Notes under the pieces: model-generated
The model's database searches: none
Told to the model about the DNA's origin: nothing
Seen by the model: the letters and a program-made list of their open reading frames with translations, nothing else
Program-made: the position numbers and the translations under genes
Source of the DNA: Phycisphaeraceae bacterium
GTDB lineage: Bacteria > Planctomycetota > Phycisphaerae > Phycisphaerales > SM1A02
Length of the DNA stretch: 41,422 nt
Direction of reading: 5' to 3'
Assembly (NCBI GenBank): GCA_040382255.1
Contig: JBEIFT010000001.1
Span: 1-41,422, forward strand
In this document: in pieces, positions 34,827 to 41,422 of the stretch
Position numbering within the stretch: the stretch's first letter is position 1
Layout: each line of letters starts with the position of its first letter

Positions 34827-35327
34827 ATGCCAACGAAGGTCGGCGTGCTGACGGACAGCCATGGGCAGTGGGCGCGGACCAAGCGCGCCGTCGAGGCCCT
34901 GCAGGCGCGCGGCGCGACGGTGTTCATCCACTGCGGCGACATCGAGTCGGACCGCGTGCTGGACGCGCTGGCGGGACTGGACGCGCACGTCGTGTGGGGC
35001 AACTGCGACGTCATGTTCGCCGACGGGCTCGCGCGCTACGCCGCGCACGTCGGCATCGGCGTGCACGACGCGGCCGGCGAGCTGGCGGTCGACGGCAAGC
35101 GGGTCGCGTTCACCCACGGGCACGTGCACACGGCGGTTCCCGACGCGGTGCGCGCCGGCGCCGACTTCGCCGTCCGCGGGCACGACCACGAGCGCCGCAG
35201 CGAGCGCCGGGGCGGCACCACCGTGATCTGGGCCGGAGCGCTGCACAAGCCGCGGGACGAACACGGGACCGGGGCCCTGCTGCTGGAGCCCGCGACCGGC
35301 GCGTTCGAATGGATCGACGTGCCCTGA
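34827..35327 (+). CDS. YfcE/MJ0936-type metallophosphoesterase
   Basis: Blocks VLTDSHG, HCGDI, GNCD, THGH and RGHDH occur in the canonical order for calcineurin-like phosphoesterases of about 160 aa. Confidence 0.85.
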   Translation: MPTKVGVLTDSHGQWARTKRAVEALQARGATVFIHCGDIESDRVLDALAGLDAHVVWGNCDVMFADGLARYAAHVGIGVHDAAGELAVDGKRVAFTHGHVHTAVPDAVRAGADFAVRGHDHERRSERRGGTTVIWAGALHKPRDEHGTGALLLEPATGAFEWIDVP

Positions 35328-35334
35328 GGAGCCC

Positions 35335-35814
35335 ATGGAAGCGAACCTGCCGACCGTCGCCCTGATCGCCAACGCCGCCGCCGCCTGGTTCCTGACCGGC
35401 CTGATCTGGATCGTGCAAGTGGTGCACTACCCCCTCTTCGCGTCCGTCGGGCGCGACGGGTTCGTTTCGTACGAGGCGGCGCATGCGCGGCTGATCACGC
35501 TGGTGGTCGGCCCCGTGATGCTGGTCGAGCTCGCGGCAGCCGCGGCGCTGGCGTTCCTGCGCCCCGCGGCGGTCCCGGCGTGGGCGGCGTGGACCGGGCT
35601 CGGCCTGGTCGCGGCAATCTGGCTCTCGACGTTCCTGGTGCAGGTGCCGCTCCACGGCACGCTCGCGGGCGGCTTCGACGCCGACGCGCACGCGCGGCTG
35701 GTCGCCACCAACTGGTTCCGCACCGCCGCCTGGACGGTGCGCGCCCTGCTGGCGGCATGGCTCGTCTACGCTGCGCTGACGGGGTCGTCCGGACGGCCCG
35801 GCCAGCCCACCTGA
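35335..35814 (+). CDS. integral membrane protein (about 4 TM helices), family not assigned
   Basis: A 159-aa hydrophobic ORF starting 7 nt after the previous stop, with helices such as AAAWFLTGLIWIVQVV and TGLGLVAAIWLSTFLV. Confidence 0.65.
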   Translation: MEANLPTVALIANAAAAWFLTGLIWIVQVVHYPLFASVGRDGFVSYEAAHARLITLVVGPVMLVELAAAAALAFLRPAAVPAWAAWTGLGLVAAIWLSTFLVQVPLHGTLAGGFDADAHARLVATNWFRTAAWTVRALLAAWLVYAALTGSSGRPGQPT

Positions 35815-35824
35815 GGGATCCACG

Positions 35825-36958
35825 ATGAACGTCCCCGGCGCCGAGTTCCCGAAGATCATCAAGAACCTGATGCGCCAGGCGCGCATGGCGCGGCATCGGT
35901 CGGCGCACGCGCACGTCCCGATGAACCTCAACACGCCGCCGGGCACGCTGGTCGTGCCGAACGACGCGCGGCCGACGGTCGTCACCGTGTTCGCGTACGG
36001 CCCCGCCCGGGTCGAGGAGCGCACGATCACCGACGTCGCGCAGCTGGACGCCCTGGGAACGGACTGGCCGGTGATCTGGGTGAACGTCGACGGCCTGGCC
36101 GACACCGCGATGATCCGGGCGCTTGGCAAGCGGTTCGACATCCACCCGCTGGCGCTCGAGGACGTGACCGACACCACGCAGCGCGCCAAGGTGGAGCCCT
36201 ACGGAGACACCACCTTCGTCGTCGTGCCGATGCCGCACGACGACGAGCACGGGTTCTGGACCGAGCAGCTCTCGATCGTGGTCGGGGCGCGGTTCGTGGT
36301 GACGTTCCAGGGCCAGCCGGGCGACTGCCTGGACGAACTGCGCGAACGCATCCGCCAGGGTCGTGGCCGGGTGCGCGGCGCCAATGCCGCGTACCTCACC
36401 TACGCGATCTGCGACGCGGTGATCGACGCCTACTTCCCGGTGGTCGCCCGGATCTCCGAACGACTCGAGCAGCTCGAGGACATGGTGCTCTCGCACCCCA
36501 CCGCACGGCAGCTCTACGAGATCCGCCGGCTGCGCGGCAGCATGCTGCGCATCCGCCGCGCCGCCTACCCGCTGCGTGACGCGATGAACTCGTTCGCGGC
36601 GCTGGACCGCGTCTTCGACCCGGATACGCGCCCCTACCTGCGCGACCTGAACGACCACGTCGCACGCCTGCTGGACCAGGTCGAGATGGACCGCTACCTG
36701 GCGAACGACCTGATCGAGATGTACATGACGACGATCAACATCCGCCTGGGCGAGACGTCCAAGGTGCTGACGATCATCGCCACGATCTTCATGCCCCTGT
36801 CGTTCATCGCGGGCGTCTACGGCATGAACTTCCACGAGATGCCGGAGCTGTCGTGGCCGTGGGGCTACTGGTACGCGCTGGCGCTGATGGCGCTGACCGC
36901 GCTCGGGCTGGTCTGCTACTTCTGGCGCAAGGGCTGGCTGCGGGACTCCACGAAGTGA
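35825..36958 (+). CDS. corA: magnesium/cobalt transporter CorA
   Basis: C-terminal two-TM region with the GMN signature: [21 protein letters not shown]...YFWRKGWL. Confidence 0.9.
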   Translation: MNVPGAEFPKIIKNLMRQARMARHRSAHAHVPMNLNTPPGTLVVPNDARPTVVTVFAYGPARVEERTITDVAQLDALGTDWPVIWVNVDGLADTAMIRALGKRFDIHPLALEDVTDTTQRAKVEPYGDTTFVVVPMPHDDEHGFWTEQLSIVVGARFVVTFQGQPGDCLDELRERIRQGRGRVRGANAAYLTYAICDAVIDAYFPVVARISERLEQLEDMVLSHPTARQLYEIRRLRGSMLRIRRAAYPLRDAMNSFAALDRVFDPDTRPYLRDLNDHVARLLDQVEMDRYLANDLIEMYMTTINIRLGETSKVLTIIATIFMPLSFIAGVYGMNFHEMPELSWPWGYWYALALMALTALGLVCYFWRKGWLRDSTK

Positions 36959-36975
36959 CCGCGGCGCAGCCGGGC

Positions 36976-36995
36976 CCGCGGCCGACCGCGGTTTT
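36976..36995 (+). terminator. weak hairpin terminator candidate after corA
   Basis: CCGCGG (36976-36981), loop CCGA, CCGCGG (36986-36991), followed by TTTT (36992-36995). The stem is short. Confidence 0.35.
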
Positions 36996-37071
36996 CCGCA
37001 CGGAAATGCCGCTTGATCGGAATGGCGCGTCCGCCTACCGTTATCTCCTTCGGAACAGGAGCCCAACCGCC

Positions 37072-39279
37072 ATGGCCACCCACGGACGACCCAACGCCAA
37101 CATCCCCGCCACCAACACCCACGGCATCTCGATGAGCGCCAACACCTCCACCTTCGAGAACCCCACCCGCGCCTCCGACTACTTCGGCTGCATGACCTTC
37201 AGCGGCGACACGATGCTGAAGCGCCTGCCGTCGGACATCTTCGCCAAGCTGCAGAAGACGATCAGCGAGGGCACCGCCCTCGACCCGGCGATCGCGAACA
37301 CCGTCGCGGTGGCGATGAAGGACTGGGCGATCGAGCACGGCGCCACGCACTACTGCCACTGGTTCCAGCCGCTGACCGGCATGACCGCCGAGAAGCACGA
37401 CGCGTTCCTGAGCCCGATGTCGGACGGCAGCGCGATCGAGAAGTTCTCCGGCGGCCAGCTGGTGGTCGGCGAGCCCGACGCGTCGAGCTTCCCCTCGGGC
37501 GGCATCCGCGACACGTACGAGGCACGCGGCTACACGGCGTGGGACGCCACCAGCCCGGCGTTCCTGATGAAGAGCGCCAGCGGCATCACCACGCTGTGCA
37601 TCCCGACCGCGTTCGTCAGCTGGACCGGCGAGGCGCTCGACAAGAAGACCCCACTCCTGCGCTCGATCCAGGCCCTGAGCAAGCAGGCCATGCGCATCCT
37701 GCGCCTCTTCGGCAGCGACAAGGGCGTGACCCACGTCGTCGGCACCCTCGGCTGCGAGCAGGAGTACTTCCTGGTCGAGCGCGAGCAGGCCGAGCAGCGC
37801 CTGGACCTGATGATGACCGGCCGCACCATGGTCGGCGCCAACGCCCCCAAGGGCCACCAGCTGGACGACCACTACTTCGGCGTCGTGCCGGACCGCGTCC
37901 TGGCCTTCATGGCCGAGGTCGAGGCGCGCCTGTTCGAGCTGGGCGTCCCGGTCAAGACGCGCCACAACGAGGTCGCCCCCAGCCAGTACGAGCTGGCCCC
38001 GACCTTCGAGAACGCGAACATCGCCGTCGACCACCAGATGATCACCATGCAGGTCCTGCGCATGGTCGCCCGCAAGCACGGCTTCGAGTGCCTGCTGCAC
38101 GAGAAGCCGTTCGCCGGCGTCAACGGAAGCGGCAAGCACAACAACTGGGCCGTCGCCACCAGCACCGGCATCAACCTGCTGGACCCGCGCGAGGAGACCC
38201 ACACCAACATGCAGTTCCTGGTGTTCCTGGCCGCGGTCATCCGCGCCGTCGACCTGCACGCGGACCTCCTGCGCGCGTCGATCGCCAGCGCGGCGAACGA
38301 CCACCGCCTGGGCGCCAACGAGGCCCCGCCGGCGATCATGAGCATCTTCCTGGGCGACATGCTGTCGGACATCCTCGACCATGTCGAGAGCGGCACGCCC
38401 CGCAAGACCAAGACGGGCGGCGCGCTCGACCTGGGCGCGTCCAGCCTGCCGCAGATCCCGCGCCACGCGAGCGACCGCAACCGCACGTCGCCGTTCGCGT
38501 TCACGGGCAACAAGTTCGAGTTCCGCGCCGTCGGCTCGACCGCCAGCGTCGCGTGGCCCAACACCGTGCTGAACACGATGGTCGCGGAGAGCCTGGACTT
38601 CGTGGCCACCGAGCTCGAGAAGAAGGCCGGCAAGAACCCGACGGCCTCCAAGCTCGAGACCGCCGTCAAGGCCGTCCTGAAGGACGTCATCAAGAAGCAC
38701 CGCCGCGTCTGCTTCGACGGCGACGGCTACAGCGAGGCCTGGCACAAGGAGGCCGCCAAGCGCGGCCTGCCGAACTTCCGCAACACCGCCGAGTCGCTGG
38801 GCGCGTTCAACACCAAGACCGCGCGCGACCTGTTCGGCAAGTACCACGTGCTCTCGCCGCGCGAGCTGCAGGCCCGCTACGAGGTGCTGGTCGAGAACTA
38901 CGTCACGGTCATCGAGATCGAGGCCCGCACGCTGGTGCAGCTGGTGAACACGCAGATCCTGTCGGCCGTGCTCCGCACGCAGGAGGAGCTGGCCACCACG
39001 GTCAGCGCCACGATGGCGGCCGACGTCGACTGCACCGAGACGCAGAACGAGCTCCGCGCCTACGTCGGCCTGGTCAACGAGCTGCGCACGGCCACGCGCG
39101 AGCTGGAGACCCTCTCGTCCAAGCACCACAAGGACGAGGAGACCGCGATGAAGTTCCTGCGCGACAACGTCGTGCCCTCGATGGTCCGGGTCCGCGCCGC
39201 CAGCGACGCGCTGGAGCGCATCACCCCGACCGACAACTGGCCGCTCCCGACCTACGCCGAGCTGCTGCTCATGAAGTGA
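37072..39279 (+). CDS. glnN: type III glutamine synthetase
   Basis: About 735 aa. N-terminal GSIII blocks [25 protein letters not shown] and catalytic-domain blocks [12 protein letters not shown] and [20 protein letters not shown] 37072 with AGGAG 10 nt upstream; ATG 37132 is an alternative. Confidence 0.9.
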   Translation: MATHGRPNANIPATNTHGISMSANTSTFENPTRASDYFGCMTFSGDTMLKRLPSDIFAKLQKTISEGTALDPAIANTVAVAMKDWAIEHGATHYCHWFQPLTGMTAEKHDAFLSPMSDGSAIEKFSGGQLVVGEPDASSFPSGGIRDTYEARGYTAWDATSPAFLMKSASGITTLCIPTAFVSWTGEALDKKTPLLRSIQALSKQAMRILRLFGSDKGVTHVVGTLGCEQEYFLVEREQAEQRLDLMMTGRTMVGANAPKGHQLDDHYFGVVPDRVLAFMAEVEARLFELGVPVKTRHNEVAPSQYELAPTFENANIAVDHQMITMQVLRMVARKHGFECLLHEKPFAGVNGSGKHNNWAVATSTGINLLDPREETHTNMQFLVFLAAVIRAVDLHADLLRASIASAANDHRLGANEAPPAIMSIFLGDMLSDILDHVESGTPRKTKTGGALDLGASSLPQIPRHASDRNRTSPFAFTGNKFEFRAVGSTASVAWPNTVLNTMVAESLDFVATELEKKAGKNPTASKLETAVKAVLKDVIKKHRRVCFDGDGYSEAWHKEAAKRGLPNFRNTAESLGAFNTKTARDLFGKYHVLSPRELQARYEVLVENYVTVIEIEARTLVQLVNTQILSAVLRTQEELATTVSATMAADVDCTETQNELRAYVGLVNELRTATRELETLSSKHHKDEETAMKFLRDNVVPSMVRVRAASDALERITPTDNWPLPTYAELLLMK

Positions 39280-39310
39280 GCCTCCACGGCTCGCCTGCCC
39301 CCGCCGTTCC

Positions 39311-39349
39311 CGCTCGGCGCCCCCTTTCCGGGGCGCCGAGCGCGCTTTT
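39311..39349 (+). terminator. rho-independent terminator after glnN
   Basis: 13-bp stem CGCTCGGCGCCCC (39311-39323) / GGGGCGCCGAGCG (39330-39342) with a 6-nt loop, then CGC and TTTT (39346-39349). Confidence 0.65.
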
Positions 39350-39443
39350 CGGACAGTCGCGCGCGCGCCCGGCCCGACCCCGTATACTTGGCCCCCTTTC
39401 CCCGGGACGGGGAATCCGTCCCACGAACACCACGAGCACAGCC

Positions 39444-40844
39444 ATGGCAACCGAGACCACCGTCGTCGTCGAGAAGGTCGGAGAGACCAAGAAGCGCCTC
39501 AGCATCACGATCCCCGCGGACGTCGTCAGCCGCAAGATCGAGGAGGCCTTCGCCGCCGTCCGCGCCGACGCGCAGATCCCGGGCTTCCGCCGCGGCTCCG
39601 CGCCGGTCGCCCTGATCGAGAAGCGCTTCGGCGAGGCGATCGTGAACGACGCCCGCCAGCAGCTGGTCTCCGAGGCGTACGGCAAGGCGCTGCAGGACCA
39701 CAAGCTCGAGCCGATCGGCGACCCCGAGCTGGCCGAGGGCTTCGAGGCCATCGAGGTCGCCCGCGGCAAGCCGATCAACCTGAAGATGGAGCTCGAGGTC
39801 GCCCCCGAGTTCACGATCCCGGCGCTCGAGTCGCTGGAGGTGAAGCGCCCGGTCACGGACATCGCCGAGAAGTACGTGAACGAGGAACTGCGCCGCATGG
39901 GCTACCAGATGGGCACGCCCGCGCGCATCGAGGGCGAGTTCACGCACCTCGACCGCATGCTGGGCAAGGCCGTGGTGCGCGTGAAGGGCGCCACGCAGGA
40001 CCCCTTCTTCGAGACCGACCAGTGCCTGGTCGTCGTCCCCGACACCGAGGACGAGGGCAAGGGCCAGGTGCTCGGCCTGATGATCGAGGGCCTGACCGAG
40101 AAGCTGCTGGGCAAGAAGGTCGGCGACACGTTCACCATCAAGACCAAGGGCCCCGAGGCGCACGAGCGCGAGGAGCTCCGCAACGCCGACATCACGATCG
40201 AGTTCACGCCCGCGCAGGCCGAGCGCATCGCGCCGGCCGCCGCCGAGGCGCTGGCCGAGATGCTGGGCCTGGGCACCGTCGAGAACCTCAAGGAGCAGGT
40301 CAAGCTGAGCCTCGAGTCGCGCCGTGACCAGGAGCAGCGCGCCGCGATGCGCGAGCAGGCCGCCGAGTGGCTGCTCGAGAAGGTCGACTTCGCGCTGCCC
40401 GAGAAGATGTCCGGCGCGCAGGTCGCGCGCAACATCGAGATGGCGCGCCTGCAGTTCCTGCAGCAGGGCCTGGCCGACGAGGAGATCGAGCGCCGCCTGG
40501 CCGAGATCCGCTCCTCCAGCGAGGCCGACACCCGCCGCCGCCTGAAGCTCTTCTTCGTGCTCACCCGCCTGGCGCAGCAGTTCGAGGTCGGCGTGACCGA
40601 CGCCGAGGTGAACGGCGCCGTCGTGCAGATGGCCCGTTCGCGCAACCTGCGCCCCGACGCGGTGCGCGCCGAGCTGCAGAAGTCCGGCCGCCTGAACGAG
40701 ATGGCGCTCGCGATCCGCGAGGCGAAGACCCTGGACCGCGTCCTCGACAAGGCGAAGGTCGCCGACATCGACGCCGAGGAGTGGAACAAGATCGTCACCG
40801 AGCGCCAGGCCGCCGCGGCCGCGAAGGCGAAGAAGTCGAAGTAA
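39444..40844 (+). CDS. tig: trigger factor
   Basis: The N-terminal ribosome-binding region has the IPGFRRGSAP signature (GFRxGxxP). Overall length is about 466 aa with an acidic, helical C-terminal arm. Confidence 0.9.
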   Translation: MATETTVVVEKVGETKKRLSITIPADVVSRKIEEAFAAVRADAQIPGFRRGSAPVALIEKRFGEAIVNDARQQLVSEAYGKALQDHKLEPIGDPELAEGFEAIEVARGKPINLKMELEVAPEFTIPALESLEVKRPVTDIAEKYVNEELRRMGYQMGTPARIEGEFTHLDRMLGKAVVRVKGATQDPFFETDQCLVVVPDTEDEGKGQVLGLMIEGLTEKLLGKKVGDTFTIKTKGPEAHEREELRNADITIEFTPAQAERIAPAAAEALAEMLGLGTVENLKEQVKLSLESRRDQEQRAAMREQAAEWLLEKVDFALPEKMSGAQVARNIEMARLQFLQQGLADEEIERRLAEIRSSSEADTRRRLKLFFVLTRLAQQFEVGVTDAEVNGAVVQMARSRNLRPDAVRAELQKSGRLNEMALAIREAKTLDRVLDKAKVADIDAEEWNKIVTERQAAAAAKAKKSK

Positions 40845-40853
40845 GGACCGCAC

Positions 40854-41168
40854 GTGGAAGCCGGGAGCTCCTCGGGATCCGCGTTCTGGCTGGGCCTTCT
40901 GGGCCTGGTCATCCTCATCGTCGCCGGCAGCGGCGGGATCTTCTGGGCACGGCGCATGGCGCGCGGCCCGGCCCCCGGGCCGGCCCCCGGCTTCACGCTG
41001 GAGGACCTGCGCGCGATGCTCGACCGCGGCGAGATCTCGCAGCGCGAATACGACACCGCGCGCGACGCGATGCTCCACAAGACCAGGCGCATGGCGACGG
41101 ACGAGCGCGCACGCCGGGGCGGGACCGACTGGGGCGGTCCCGAATCCAAGCGCAAGCCTGCCCGATAA
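40854..41168 (+). CDS. small membrane protein with a SHOCT-like C-terminal domain
   Basis: GTG start 9 nt after the tig stop. One TM helix (FWLGLLGLVILIVAGSGGIFW), followed by LEDLRAMLDRGEISQREYDTARDAML, which matches the SHOCT pattern. Confidence 0.6.
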   Translation: MEAGSSSGSAFWLGLLGLVILIVAGSGGIFWARRMARGPAPGPAPGFTLEDLRAMLDRGEISQREYDTARDAMLHKTRRMATDERARRGGTDWGGPESKRKPAR

Positions 41169-41300
41169 GGGAAGCGGGTTCCGGCGGTTCCGGCGGAAAC
41201 GACGCGCATGCGCCCGCGTCTGCAGCCCCTCGCCGAATCGACCGATAGACTCCGGGTCGACCCAAGCCGTTTGCTGGCCGCGCGCCAGGAGCCCCGACGC

Positions 41301-41422
41301 ATGACGCAGCCCGATCGCCACGACCACGCCCACCACGCCCCCGTCGCCGCCAACGGCAATGGCAAGCGCCCGGGGCGCGACTTCGGTGACGGCTATGGCG
41401 GAGGCGCGGGCGGCGGGGCCGG
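41301..41422 (+). CDS. possible 5' end of a CDS running off the window (unknown product)
   Basis: ATG 41301 with AGGAG 9 nt upstream, open to the window end (MTQPDRHDHAHHAPVAANGNGKRPGRDFGDGYGGG...). Too short to judge. Confidence 0.3.
   Translation, partial: MTQPDRHDHAHHAPVAANGNGKRPGRDFGDGYGGGAGGGA

Noticed and set aside
36959-37071. Glutamine riboswitch (glnA RNA motif) upstream of the type III glutamine synthetase gene.
   Set aside because: I could not fit the conserved three-stem/E-loop consensus to this leader. Only short CGGAA repeats and a small palindrome are present. A covariance-model search would be needed to be sure.
37539-39443. Upstream 635 codons of the 1101-aa track ORF that ends as trigger factor. 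The same pattern applies to the upstream parts of ORFs 179-1453, 19901-21682, 29707-31671, 29695-32292, 28925-30655, 22875-26237 and 3537-5342.
   Set aside because: Only the distal part, from an internal ATG, gives a sensible protein. The upstream part overlaps another well-supported gene in a different frame and is low-complexity Arg/Pro/Gly sequence.
41177-41194. Tandem duplication GGTTCCGGC x2 downstream of the SHOCT gene.
   Set aside because: Only two copies of 9 nt in a GC-rich spacer. This is too short to be meaningful.

Overview
Very GC-rich, gene-dense chromosomal segment: about 38 protein-coding genes, 2 tRNAs and a few GC hairpin terminators. I saw no CRISPR array, integrase, transposase or phage gene. 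All family calls are by-eye motif recognition on the supplied translations; no search was run. The gene content suggests Planctomycetota, perhaps Phycisphaerae-like (inference): a PSCyt/DUF1549/DUF1553 + DUF1501 pair, DUF1080, a PEP-CTERM protein, type III glutamine synthetase and a cohesin/HYR/dockerin protein. Most of the long ORFs in the six-frame track are Arg/Ala/Gly/Pro-rich shadows of real genes on the other strand or frame, as expected at this GC content.

Identifiable genes:
- Housekeeping: two RluA-family pseudouridine synthases, gltX, corA, glnN, tig, tRNA-Gly(CCC), tRNA-Val(GAC).
- Homogentisate catabolism: hmgA lies convergent with a four-gene operon of a small HicA-like protein, an MFS transporter, an unknown 308-aa protein and fahA.
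- Envelope and stress: two MscS-family channels, an HtrA-like protease, an M48 peptidase, an AIM24-like protein and a DUF155/RMD1-like protein.

Most interesting candidates, all unproven:
1. The family-less 308-aa protein packed against fumarylacetoacetase, in a locus with no GST-type maleylacetoacetate isomerase.
2. A five-gene array that ties a PSCyt/DUF1553-DUF1501 pair to its own ECF sigma, anti-sigma and PDZ lipoprotein.
3. A four-gene operon of a cNMP-binding MscS channel, a P450, an exported ENPP-type phosphodiesterase and DUF155. It sits next to AIM24-like and M48 genes.
4. A secreted cohesin/HYR/dockerin gene split by one in-frame TAG inside a domain.
5. An HtrA-like protein carrying a second, Ser-less protease domain with a PDZ inserted in it.
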